A DNA stretch of 64,000 nt, taken from Candidatus Thorarchaeota archaeon. GTDB lineage: Archaea > Asgardarchaeota > Thorarchaeia > Thorarchaeales > Thorarchaeaceae. The first letter of the stretch is position 1; every line of letters begins with the position of its first letter. The stretch spans positions 70,527 to 134,526 of the forward strand of contig JBHLRP010000002.1 in NCBI GenBank assembly GCA_048882485.1, given 5' to 3'. The notes under the pieces were generated by a model that did no database searches, had not been told where the DNA came from, and was given only the letters and a program-made list of their open reading frames with translations. The position numbers were made by a program, and so were the translations under genes. Below are positions 48,301-57,900 of this stretch, in pieces.

Positions 48301-51300
48301 CAGGCCCGCTTGGTACGGAGAACATGACTATTTTCTTCACAGTTTCTGATGCTAGTAATGGCAACCCCATTGAAGGAGCAACTATCATCCTTACATGCCA
48401 GGAGCAAGGAATCTTCACATCTTGGCTGATTCGAGGCACAGGTCCCGAAGCGGGTGAGTATACAATTGAAGTTGACACTCTCACGTTGACTACTGGAATC
48501 GGGCACGGCACGTTTCACTTTGAACTAGAAGTTCAGTGGAATCCATCAGATATTCCGTATTATCAAAATAGGTCTGCCATCGTATTGACTGGCGTTGTCG
48601 ACCTTGTATTAACGAATCTACAGGCTGATGCTCCTTCGCCTGCGGCGCCGTACATTGGCCAAAATGTTTCTCTGATTGTCACTTTCACTGACATAGACCA
48701 TAGTGTGGGAATTGATGGCGCTGGATTTACAATTGAATACGCTGTGGGTCCCGTTTTTGTGGAAACTCCTGGTTACAGTCTTACTGGAACTTCTGGTGAG
48801 TATAACATCACTTTTGGCACAGGAAATATTCCGCAACAGGATTCTTATGTTCTGAGGATTACTTTTTCCAAACCGGGGTACTCTCCACAAGTGGTATTGC
48901 CTACAATTACAGTTCAGAATAAACCTACAAGGATTGATGTGCATCAGGTTTCGTATGTGGTGAATTGGACTGAAACAGTTACAATTTACGTCAATTTCAC
49001 TGATACATTCAATGATGAACTCATTCCTCTTGCAAGTGTCACTTGGAGCTATCGTGACTATCAAGATCAAAGCTTCGCAATAGCAGGCAATGGAATATAC
49101 TCTGCAGATATTACTGCAGACCTATATGATTCAGGCACATGGGTGTTATCAATCAAGGCTGAAAAGGAACAATTTCAGCTTGCAACTGCGACTATTACTC
49201 TTGTTGTTCTGCCTCTCCCAAGTGAGATGGAAATCGTAAAGCCAGCGCAGGCTATTTATGATGTACCTCGTGGTGATCTGGTGAATATCACAGTCTTTCT
49301 GAATGATACAACCAACGTTCTGCCAATAGCAAGAGAGGAAGTAGTACGAGTCTATATCCTATTCCAAGGCATCCAATATCCAATGCAGGAAGACACCAGC
49401 TTTGGGAGTGGAGGCTATTGGTGGGGATACGTTCCCGGCTCTGTTACAGGAAACCTCGATCCCCGTGCATATGATGTCCGAGTAACGGCTGAATTTGTGA
49501 ACTACGAGCTTGCAGTCGGCCAATTTGGAATCTACATTCAACAGACAAGAACTGAGATTCGAATATGGGACGAAAAGACATCTCAATTCTCGAATGAAAC
49601 GGTGACATTTGAAGCCGTGTTCCTTGAAGAAGTGAATTTCACTCTGCAAATCATCGCACCTGCTCCTGCGTTCACCAATGCGAGCAATACATGGGAGATA
49701 AACAGCTCCTTGGTTTACTGGTTTGAATCTAGGTGGGTACTCAACTACACTTTCACCTTCAAGGGAAATGGTATCTTCGAGTTGCTGTTCAACACGTCGG
49801 AAGCATCTTACGGAACATGGGGTCTGACATTCACCTCAATTCCAACAAACACATTCTTTGCTGAAGACGCTCTTCTTGTCACCTTGGTTATCGCAAAAAT
49901 CCCTACGGATGTCACGCCGCCCATTGTGGGCGATTTCTATTGGGGCTGGAACGGAACCTTAAGTTTCGATTATTGGGACACCCATTATGACAAAGGGGTC
50001 ATTAATGCCACGGTGAAATATTCATACTACAACTTCAAGGATTTACCTGGCTATGACTGTCGAAACGGAACTTACCTAGTCTATATTGATACCGCATTCC
50101 TTTTCCCAAGCCCCACAATAGGGTATCCTATTATTGTCACATTCGAATACGAAGAAGGCGACTATGAGAGTCGAACTTCAGGCGTAATAATTAAGGTTCT
50201 CGAGGTGCCTACCGAAATACTTCTGAACACCACAGGAGCCCTCGGTGGTTTTACTCAGCTAGATGGAGAAATCAAGGTCTTCGAATATGATGTTGCTTTT
50301 GGCGGAATCATTGATTTTGAGTTTCTATACAATGATACAGATGATTCTGAAGGATATGTTGGAGGAATATCAGGCTCAGTGACGAATCGCACTAATCTAT
50401 ATCACACTATTAACATGAACAGTGATTCGCCGCTATTGGCAGAGGTTGGCAACGGTATGTATAGATTCCAGTTTAGTACCATGAATAGTCGGCTGTTTGA
50501 CAAGATAGGCGGGATCCCAGGAGCCAGTCCAGACATTCCTTATATTTTTGAAGTGACACTATGGCTCGCTAATCGGTCTGCTGGTACGGTTCGAATCCTA
50601 ATTACAGTCATCGAAGTTCCAACTGAAATCAGCCTTGTCGATTCTCATCTATTAATTGGCTATGGGCTGGAAGGCTATGTAACAGTGCTATATTGGGATG
50701 ATTGGAATAATCAGCCTATTACAGGAGCTAACATAACTGCAGATACTAATAATCGCTTTGTAATTGTAACAGATGCCTACGAAAACTCTACCCCAGGCTA
50801 CTATACGGTTCGTTTTATGGGCTATGCAGAAATCCTAGATATCTTTCGGGACGAACAAGATGCCTCTATTATTTTCAGTTTAACTAAGGAAAATTATCTG
50901 GCCAAAAGTCAGATTGATCTTGATGTTGTAATCCAAGCCCAGGTACTCCTTACGCCCATGGAAATAGTGATTCGAGATTATGGCCCTCTCCTTATACCAT
51001 TGAGTCTAGTCATGGTGCTTCTACTAGCTGGCTACGTAAGGGTGTGGAGCGTACCAAAGAGAATACGCCAGATAAATAGCCAAATCAAAGCAATTCGTAA
51101 GGGCAAAATGCCCAAGCCAATTTCTGACGTTATGAGCAGAAAGCAGCTTCTATCTGGTCTCTTCAACGATACCTATGCCCAGATGAAAATAACGCGAACA
51201 CCTGAGCAAATGCCTGAGGAGTCAATAGAAATAGCTGTGCCAGAAATGGGCGAATTGCTCATCCAGCTGGCAATACTCACCAATCTCAGTGCTGACGAAC

Positions 51301-51764
51301 TGGAGGAGTTCCAAGCTGACATCTCTAAAATGCGACTCAGTGAACAGGCCGCCTTTGTCAGAGAAGTCATCATGCAAGAGGCAGTTCGCGCCGCTCGACG
51401 AGATGGCAAAACACCCGAAGAAATAATTGAGCAGGTAAGAGTGGAAGCTCTCCGCAGGGTTAGTGGCGAAGAAGGTGTTATCGATGTGGGTCTGGCTGTC
51501 AAAGAAATGGAGGAAGAGTCCGTGCGAATAGTGGCTGAAGAGAAGCCTAAGAAGGAGGTCGAACCTGATGTTGCTCCCTCAGAAGAGGAACCCTCCGCTC
51601 CCGGCGAAAAACTCAGTCAATATGAACTAGAGGAACTTCGAAAGGAGCTGGAATCTCGAGGCGTTCCTCCACATGAAATCGACACGATCATGGAGCAGGC
51701 TCGAGTGCTTCCGCGCGAATTGGTCGAGGAGCTCGTGAAGAGCCTTGGCGACAGGAAGAAGTAG
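39399..51764 (+). CDS. Giant cell-surface glycoprotein (~4120 aa): signal peptide, 2x DUF2341+LamG, many Ig-like repeats, C-terminal TM and cytoplasmic domain
   Basis: MPLRKGSFLAIFLVLLFVAPA signal; YKKGITVD..FPLLIDI and YRKVITID..FPFLLDI; FDG.IDEIR LamG motifs; many NxS/T sequons; TM LLIPLSLVMVLLLAGYV. Confidence 0.85.
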   Translation: MPLRKGSFLAIFLVLLFVAPANNGHSPFVNPASTHSPYESDGDTPFGFLAGDSMSGSGDPLSTYVSGILENSSETQIDSSTSVTGSLSVPSGYSGTSLDVGIDSLSMTVTDNLRNPSFTTWHDERWHVGNSINFYDDNIDVPDSWTLVKSVNYDDAHPLHGDWELNDYSGGYGGSRAWRFEATIGGSDSLTPDDAIYLSQFLHAPWRDLYEIRISFYYYVLSTSNMLDQVHLFFKLGDLAEEKFHVFQPGDTTDAWLQETVTYTSADLSSVTVPDSLLFNIGLATDVSGTLGTYQAAFVYVDEVKIEMDVRPYPEQIGLNANNTAVVGSIAGNISTFVPDNDGRDCWDYSNLGIDLDGYNNDGRPEWGLWGTFWNTSEPYELGLQFPLDIPKGAVIENAYVEIQSAGGSGVVHGRVHLSSEMAAGGAIESFADHEQNYEHLEDTYSWLAASYDWQLTAWGNGVRYATPDISPLLQNVVSSSDWSSGQYIAVMVSYMWSSYYQYYNNIRGSLYDTNDADDNARLYVSYRVPLAEDVVLVDREEARRTLKYKKGITVDYTKVAADLTDFPLLIDIIDTDLHTDVFPGGDDIAFMVDGQFVEHEIEFFDQNHSPTEAHLVAWVKVPFLSSSTDTIITMLYGGSDARSLETKGVFADYEIVHHMNEAPNGTLVDSSGNLHYGYSIGGMTDTQSVAGAIGSSINFDGSDDAITVGQIDTDEWPSFTVTGWVSQDVVGDDRIFSKAPNTDGTQAIIHFAINGASAFRVRMNTDGTGGGASGSVDSTTLTVPGNWVYLAWSWSAATASMRLYVNGTFDRSVARDGDTVLDSILPFVIGNWQTGPYDNRFFDGKIDEIRMTQMVLSDGWIETEFNNQLDPSTFYSMGSEQSNAATPDVTYTSVQFTTGSSIPVNLGFTLALDFEGFGKSLDENFNEGTTFHAVNDSSTVTWIAKVLVAPLPNVAKMEVQISYPMTEWRPTSVTNPIGVSKSYLTDWTYTGGVLTLLPAAVDVYGVWILEFEGLNYLSDLQLGVFGGSLSSTAEFQTNHTMQFEGTSLWHAGSATQLYLTDPTGSAWSTPITHNTAGSDTHEIPSFQYRKVITIDNAKVYDDVANFPFLLDITDANVDDRAQADGDDILFVQNGVVIPHDLVEYTVAAGSAHVLAWVQGNLSNLVDTDITMYYGNSIVGPQEQPAAVWGEEYVGVYHLEESPTGATGEIIDSTTYGNDGTTEGSMNSADLVDAMFGKGLDFDEIDDMIRIKDDASLDTVATAGTIQLWIWWDNASDGQWQNIMDSSNRFNGNPNDGFEWAQQNDGDHFFYPWAGVGSDYNLGTNPFTNQQWHHLAVTLNYTSSPKSVKMYVDGSAIPIVIPNVPIFWTQIANPGDWQWGGDPDYPDRYFDGMFDEIRIANVERSAGWLFTEFVNQDNPTAFYNNIGLEQSRQTYNSTFVKALDDTAAAGIWTVTALFNDSGSAVDYSVGIYEREFIVKHDTSLILQEPSDAVGDRLTVTTAGEWIYVEYELTDDITAAGVPDATVTLNWTVSGAPTQIILDDFGTGTYGKMLNTNNLGTAQRWRVNLQSTHQFYNDATEYINVDLYHQTNLDYGDVTTTPADVDFTATLTFTDIYDGSPIVGAEITLDGSPVTHNDLGQGRYSVSIPTGALSLGQHWYIFNATLTGSYLEMASVNITFTLRQHFTSVNIQGDLVQPYGFDTQFDVIFLDLDTGGAVPLSAVSQFSFDPASYGIQTRPGTSYSITLTTNTWDVATESVTLTLTMADTKYAIPQAYLFDIAIRARFTSVSVSGSFVQPHGNMTPLSVYLWDHDAEEVVPIGFVDGLIFTWPGDSQAILSPSSYNVVLDTSTWDVGTTTVTLIANLPGAEYLNPSNFVFDITIRSMSTVLYHDPSDLVFAEGSDFWIDLRVNVSEAGASFGEPVTGLTQGEFSLRGNPYPFTIDTTDNLIGRYRLTISYANLGPGAFTITVIVTPSDASHGRAQVTIQFFYAEVQTSLTSPTHPQVTTPFATDVQLTLNYTDIESGLGIPGATITNTSINIYGLVDQGAGIYTLWLDVTGFAEGSHAFTLGADKVGYESRSLSFTVLIRIAYTYAIPSVGALDIPIGNSPIFYVDYWDIDHDAPVDNSSAPYTRVLSTWHNFTVVYIPAQERYQITFMTSDSDSLQTNIVYTFNFSRGSNYQFGIFNITVSIRTHNTDFRLVSAIEPTSNVGIINISVYYGDLDNNFGVDSVNVAFSVENASGSVISSSLSLGGGFYIIQIAANQFGLGVQTFTVYADWMGPFAKYQNKDFTTTASVVGLESALTLLQASAPTPYLDNMSFLFFYSELSGVGIDNLTSNVFIHVSFQGESVDLDQVSIYDYSITQPGNYSIQLNTSIFDRTGIIYMNVFVNWTKGVAPFYQNRTDVVTLRILPRDTLVSVSPPSPTSYLENASFTFTFEDIAGEPSTLIFDSPSLTISSNVTFSYTETGGTYTFEFNTTEFGSLGKKAVLLHVNWAGTPFYKNRTNIIVYITIIGRLTFLEYLAPAPTQYNDNVQFNVTWTDITGGASDGIIGATLALYQDATPINPIYYSWLDIGGGIYSVDLSATYNPPGEYNLRVEMSIGLFYISDATVNRQFTIRQRITLLSAEPVRDVPYSSDVEIILYYQDLFTISSISNVTGAVTFEILNPGGWNFVISYNFVNQYYELSVTTSDHPELLIGVTYTFNLRMIYDSIAPYYAGDDLSVDYELRVRDSTIELDAAPTSTAYDNDASFVVYYEDADALSGIAGADISVYLNGTQLIENTDYTMSEGAAGLYLFDVDTGSLVGLGLNTLVVYANWLGTPYHENLTISVGIVVRERSTIIEFTQPPARTEYLDDVAFKFVYKDLDTGAAGGNPVLGLTKTEVRLYYKNGTEIPSPYFSLAPDGNAYEIVVNSALLSAVLDNAYSLRVDVDWNIGIAPYYEDDSTTLRVTIVGRSMSVDPATIETTPQTGPLGTENMTIFFTVSDASNGNPIEGATIILTCQEQGIFTSWLIRGTGPEAGEYTIEVDTLTLTTGIGHGTFHFELEVQWNPSDIPYYQNRSAIVLTGVVDLVLTNLQADAPSPAAPYIGQNVSLIVTFTDIDHSVGIDGAGFTIEYAVGPVFVETPGYSLTGTSGEYNITFGTGNIPQQDSYVLRITFSKPGYSPQVVLPTITVQNKPTRIDVHQVSYVVNWTETVTIYVNFTDTFNDELIPLASVTWSYRDYQDQSFAIAGNGIYSADITADLYDSGTWVLSIKAEKEQFQLATATITLVVLPLPSEMEIVKPAQAIYDVPRGDLVNITVFLNDTTNVLPIAREEVVRVYILFQGIQYPMQEDTSFGSGGYWWGYVPGSVTGNLDPRAYDVRVTAEFVNYELAVGQFGIYIQQTRTEIRIWDEKTSQFSNETVTFEAVFLEEVNFTLQIIAPAPAFTNASNTWEINSSLVYWFESRWVLNYTFTFKGNGIFELLFNTSEASYGTWGLTFTSIPTNTFFAEDALLVTLVIAKIPTDVTPPIVGDFYWGWNGTLSFDYWDTHYDKGVINATVKYSYYNFKDLPGYDCRNGTYLVYIDTAFLFPSPTIGYPIIVTFEYEEGDYESRTSGVIIKVLEVPTEILLNTTGALGGFTQLDGEIKVFEYDVAFGGIIDFEFLYNDTDDSEGYVGGISGSVTNRTNLYHTINMNSDSPLLAEVGNGMYRFQFSTMNSRLFDKIGGIPGASPDIPYIFEVTLWLANRSAGTVRILITVIEVPTEISLVDSHLLIGYGLEGYVTVLYWDDWNNQPITGANITADTNNRFVIVTDAYENSTPGYYTVRFMGYAEILDIFRDEQDASIIFSLTKENYLAKSQIDLDVVIQAQVLLTPMEIVIRDYGPLLIPLSLVMVLLLAGYVRVWSVPKRIRQINSQIKAIRKGKMPKPISDVMSRKQLLSGLFNDTYAQMKITRTPEQMPEESIEIAVPEMGELLIQLAILTNLSADELEEFQADISKMRLSEQAAFVREVIMQEAVRAARRDGKTPEEIIEQVRVEALRRVSGEEGVIDVGLAVKEMEEESVRIVAEEKPKKEVEPDVAPSEEEPSAPGEKLSQYELEELRKELESRGVPPHEIDTIMEQARVLPRELVEELVKSLGDRKK

Positions 51765-51957
51765 CCCCTATGCTTCTTCCTTCCATCTTTCTTATCTTTC
51801 GAAAAATAGACAGCTCTGACTACAGGTTATTGAGAATCGACACACCATTTGTTATTATACATGTCTTGTCAGTCAGTACCCGCCACATGCTATTCCCTCG
51901 AATGTAATCCAAAAACTGGGAGTTCTGCAGGGAATGGACATACTGAGGTTGTCTGCA

Positions 51958-54900
51958 ATGAGGAAAGGTGCAATCATCAGTCTATCACTTGTAATCCTAT
52001 TCTTCCTACCATCTGTCATACCCATGGATGGTTCATCTGTGCCGGCTGCGGTGATACCAACTCCGTTTGATGGTCAAGGACTCTTAGCAGACAGCTCAGG
52101 GCCATATACAGGCAAGGGTGGAGCTCTGGATGTAACATATCAAGGCACATTCACAACAAACGCTTCTACCTGGAGTGCCAATGGACAAAGCTATGCGGCA
52201 GACTATAGTCTTGGGACATCCTTCTCAGTTCAGAATGCAAGTACAGTCACTTGGACTGCCTATGTTTCAGTTTCCCCGCCAGCAGAAGTGGAAGATGTCA
52301 GTTTCTCAGTGGACTATCCACGCTTAGAGTGGATTCCTACCGCAGTGACAGACCCACTTGGTGTGTCCAAGACTAATCCGGTAGATTGGACCTGCTCTCT
52401 GGGAGTACTAACAGTTTCGTCAACTGCTGTCGTGACCTACGGCTTATGGAAGATCGAGTTCCTAGGCGGCAACCATCTATATGATATGCAGTTCGATTTG
52501 GGAGGAGGAGTGGAGGCCACAACAGCCACTTACGACATAGGACAAGATATGGAGATTAAGGGCGTTTCATCCTTCATCAACGGTGGGACTTCCCAGCTTG
52601 TTTTGACTGACCCAACAGGAACGGTCTGGCAAACGATGACAGACACAACCTCAGGATTCAGCAGCCATGTCATACCCTCGTTCCAATACAAGAAGGACAT
52701 TACAATCAATCAAGCTGCGGTGGGTGCAGACTTAGATTACTTCCCAGTGATGGTTAGCCTAATCGATACGGGCTTGCATAATCATGCTCAGTCCAGTGGC
52801 AATGACATCGTGTTCGTTCAGAACGGGCTAGTTCTCGACCATGAAATAGAGATTTACAATCCAACCTATTCTCCTACCGAAGCCCAACTTATTGCGTGGG
52901 TAAAAGCGAATGTTTCGGGCAGTGTTGACACTGTCATTTCCATGTATTATGGCAACCCAATAGTGGGGCCGCTAGAGAATCCAACAGCGGTCTGGACTCA
53001 GAACTACGGTGCAGTGTATCATCTTGGAGAGAGTGCCACTGATGAAGGTACAAGCGCAGTTCATTATGACTCAACAAGCAATTCGTATTATGGAAATCAG
53101 ACTGGGAATGCGGGTGCTCCAGGATTGGTAAGCGGCAGCCAAGATTTCGATGGAATAGATGACAAGGTGGTAGTGGACTCATCTCTTGGCTTTGATCCCA
53201 CTGGCGACCTGACGATTTCGGGATGGTTCAATCTCGATAGCACATTCACTTCTAGTTCAGGAACATCGCAGGTGCTTATGGCCAAGTACTTGACAAATGA
53301 TGACGACATGCACATTGCACTTGCAGGAACTGATTATAGTCAAGCTACAATGACGAAAGGCTCATTGGTCTTTAAGATGGAGAACAATAATGCCCAGAAA
53401 TACAAATGTACACAGAGAATCACCTGGGGTAGCTCAAATTGGTTCTACTTCGCTGCTACAGTAGACGCGGATACACCAAACAACAACCAGATCTACATCA
53501 ACGGACTTCTAGACACAAACGCAACGAGTGTTGCAGGAGGCGCGTCATATGGCAATCTGACCTTCTCAGCAGACTGGGAGATTGGAGGAGGATTCACTGA
53601 TGGACAGATTCCGGGTGGGCAAGGTTTCTTCGATGGCGTAATGGATGAGGTTCGCATCTCGACAACACTTCGTTCAGGGGCATGGCTTCTGGCTGAGTAC
53701 TATAATCTGGCCTTGCCCGGGTCGTTCTATTCAATAGGTAGCGAAAGTGAGCGTTCAGTTGTTGCTCCCAAATTCACAAAAGCAATAGATGCGACAGCAA
53801 TAGCTGGTCTTTGGACAGCATACGTTCATTACAATGACAGCGGTGCTTCCGTGGACCACCGAGTTGGAGAATACCAGAGAGAGTTCATAGTTCAGCATAA
53901 CTCGACTCTTACTATTGATTCGCCCACCGGAATTGCCACAAAGGTTGTGGGAGATCTCCTATACATAGCTGTGAATCTGACAGACGATATCACGGCTGGT
54001 TTCGTCAGTGGCGCAACCGTGACTGCAAACTGGACAGATACGGGAACGCCAATAATAGTATCCTTAGAAGACTATGGGGATGGTAGATACGGCAAGGTTC
54101 TGAACACTTCTGATCTCCAGGATAACAGGCGCTGGCGAATCGACATTCAGTCTTCCCATCCTTATTACAATGATGCGTCCGCTTTCTTCAATCTTGACCT
54201 TATTCATGATACGACTCTAGCTTATGATTCTCTGACAACAACTCCAGTGGGATGGAGGCTCGAAGTGAGTCTGCTCTATAAGGACACGTTTGATGGGTCA
54301 CCAATCTCCGGAGCTACAATCAAGTTCTCAAATGGCACCTTAGCTAATGTTGTCTGGGCTGGTGGAGGGCGATATAATCTTTCCCTATCCTCATTCGGAC
54401 TTAGCAAAGGAAACCACATGTTCTCTTTCGTTGCTGAACCACCAAGCTCCTACCTTGCTGACGGAACTGTGGATGTGACTTTCACAATTCGAGCACACCA
54501 AACCGCAGTTTCAGTTTCTGGAGATTTATTGGTGCCATTCGGTGAGGATACCCCTCTAACAATACAATTGATAGACTTGGATAATCAGACCATAGTGCCT
54601 ATTGGGAGCGTTTCCGATTTCACATTCACAACCTCAAGCTATGGAGTCCAGACTGATAACTCACCTGCGGATTATCTCTTCACGCTCGTATCAAACGGCT
54701 GGTCAATAACACCTTCAGAGTCTGTCACGCTATCGGTGACATTATCGGACTCGAATTATATCGTTCCTGATGACCACGTTTTCAGCATTGAGATTCGAGC
54801 GCATTACACATCTGTTAGCGTGTCTGGAGACCTTGGCAAACCCTTGGGCAACAACACGCCAATAACCGTAGTCTTAACCGACTTGGATACTGGTTCTCAG

Positions 54901-57900
54901 ATAGCCATTGGGAACGTTGCCTCCTTTTCATTTGCCTCCAGCTACGGAACTCAGGATGAGAATTCGCTTTCTTCATTCGACGTCACATTGTCAACTTCTG
55001 GCTGGGCCGTCGGCAGCACAACGGTCACGCTAACTGTGGCTATGTCAAGTTCGAATTACTTTGCGCCTGCTGCTTATGATTTTGATGTAGTGATCGAGAG
55101 CCTTACTATCTACATGTATCATGAACCGAGTAATCTGAGGTTTTCAACTGGCCAGGACTTCCTCGTGTTCTTGAGAGTAAATGTCAGTGAACCAGGACCA
55201 AGCTACGGAAGTCCGGTCCAAAGTCTTATTCAAGGCGAGTTCTTAGTACCAGGATATTCCATCTCCATCGACACAACTGACCAATCGATTGGCAGATATG
55301 GTCTCACAATCTCAGCTGCGAGTTTCAGTGACGGCTATCACACCATCACGGTCTATCTTGATCCCTCCAGTGCTAACTATGCCAGCACGACTCTGGTGAT
55401 CACATTTAGATATGAACCAGGTCTGGCTGCTTTGTCATCACCAAGCTATCCTCAAATCACAACACCCTTCGGAACAGATGTCCAGATTTCACTCACCTAT
55501 GAGGACGCTGATAGCGGTACGCCTATCACCGGAGCTACAATCGGTGGTGATATTGCCACTTATACTCAGAATTACACTGCAGGTGTATATACAATTTGGA
55601 TTGATGTAGCAGGATATACTGAGGGTTCACATCAGTTCACATTGTGGGCTGATGAAGCGAATTACCAGAATAAGACCCTCACCTTCACATTGGTCATTCG
55701 AAACGCCTTCACCTATGCATTGCCTAGTGTAGGTGCCCTTGACATTCCTTTAGGTAATGATCCTATCTTCACAGTAGACTATCACGACATAGACAATGAC
55801 GTTCCAGTATCGAACGTATCAAGTGATGTTACAGTCGTTTCTAGCTGGGGTAGCTTCGATGTTGTTTACCTTTCTGGACCGGGGCTGTATGAAATCACAT
55901 TCAACACAGTTGACACGGACACTCTGGTTCAGAACCTAGTTGTCACTTTCACCTTCTCAAGACCAAACTATCAGGATGGAGCCTTCACAATTTCAGTTAC
56001 TATTCGTCCTCACAACACTGATTTCAGACTCGTAAGCGCAGTTGATCCGACAACTTTCAATGGAATCATCAATATTTCATTGTACTATGGCGACATCGAC
56101 AATGCCATTGGAATTGAGCCGCTTGGGAGTCTAACGATTACTGCAGTGAATGATTCAGGTCCTGTTTTGTTCAGCACTATCGATGAAGGGGGAGGGTTCT
56201 ACACAGTACAAATTGCTGCAAACCAATTCGATCAGGGACTCCATACCTTTAACATCACTTTCAGCTGGTCTGGCCCAATTCAGAAATATCAGACAAAATG
56301 GCTTGAAGTCACTGCAAATGTGATTGGTGAGGATTCCCGCCTTACAATCATGGCCGCCTCAGAGCCAACTGCCTATCTCGGCATGATGAGCTACATATTC
56401 TTCTACAGCGACCAAGGAGGAGTTGGCATTACGAACGACACATTCAATGTTCATATCTCGGTGTCCTTCCAAGGAATTTCTGTAGATCTAGGACAGGTGA
56501 GTATTCAGGAGATAAATAGCATATCTCAACCCGGCAACTACTCGATTGACTTCAATACCACCATCTTCCCTGGGACTGGGCTATATTACATGAATGTCTA
56601 CATTAATTGGACTGAGGGTGTAGCTCCATTCTACACCAACCGTTTCGATGTAATTTCTGTACGAGTACTACCTCGTGACACACTGGTGTCTGTAACGCCT
56701 CCATCACCTACATACTATGGCGAAACCGCATGGTTCATTTTCACCTTTGATGATGTGACTGGAGGAAGCAATGTTCCCATTGCGGATGATCCCGCATTAG
56801 ATATAACAATAAGTCTTCTAGGCTACAGTGTCAACTACTTGTCTGGAACGAAACAGTTCAATGTGAGCTTTGACACGAGTCTGCTTGGTGCACCCTTGGG
56901 ATCAAGGCCTTTCACTTTGGATGTCACGTGGGCTGGTGCACCATTCTATACAAACCGTACAGGTCGCACAATCTCTATTGTTCTCTTGGCACGCCTAACG
57001 GTTCTAGATTATCAAGCTCCAGCACCTACACCGTACCAAGACAACGTCACATTCACTGTGACTTGGACAGATGTAACGAATGTCGCATCAGGGATATCTA
57101 TTGATACACTTGTGCTGTATGATGTTGCAACTCCAATTCCCTATCCTACATTTTACTCTTGGACTTCACTAGGAAATGGTCAGTATGAAATCACGGTCAA
57201 TACGACCTACTATACTGATCCAGGGTTCTATAATCTGATAGTTGAACTCACATCCGCTGACTTCTTCATCTCAGATGTGAGTGCATCTCGGGTGTTCAAC
57301 GTTAGGCAACGAGTGACACTTCTATCTGCAGAACCCACTGATAGGTTACCATACAACTCTACACTACAATTTGTCCTGAACTATCAAGATCTATTGACCC
57401 TAGGAGTCATCGGCAACGGCTCGGGTCTGGTAACCTTCGAGATTCTGAATTCATCTACCTGGTACTACTCAATATCCTGGAATGCGGTCCTCAAGCAATA
57501 CGACTTCACGGTGGAAACATACAATCATCCCACTCTGGCCATTGATACTCCTTACGCATTGGAAGTCAGAATGACCTATGCAAACGTGGCTCCATTCTAT
57601 GGTGCCGATACTGCATACATCCTGTTTGAGTTGAGATCCAGGTCCTCAAAGCTTGTACTTCAAGATACTCCTGAATCAACTCCATATTTGGACTATGCAA
57701 ACTTTACAATCTTCTATAGAGACCTTGATGCTGCAGGTTCAGTTGGAATTGTCGCTGATAGCATTGAAGTATACAAAGGCGCGATACCACTTACCCAAGG
57801 CACAGACTATTTGGTATCGAACCTCGGCTTGGGAGTCTACTTGCTATCTGTAAACACGACTGCTCTAGATGGTCTTGGCGCAACGGTGCTAGATGTCTTT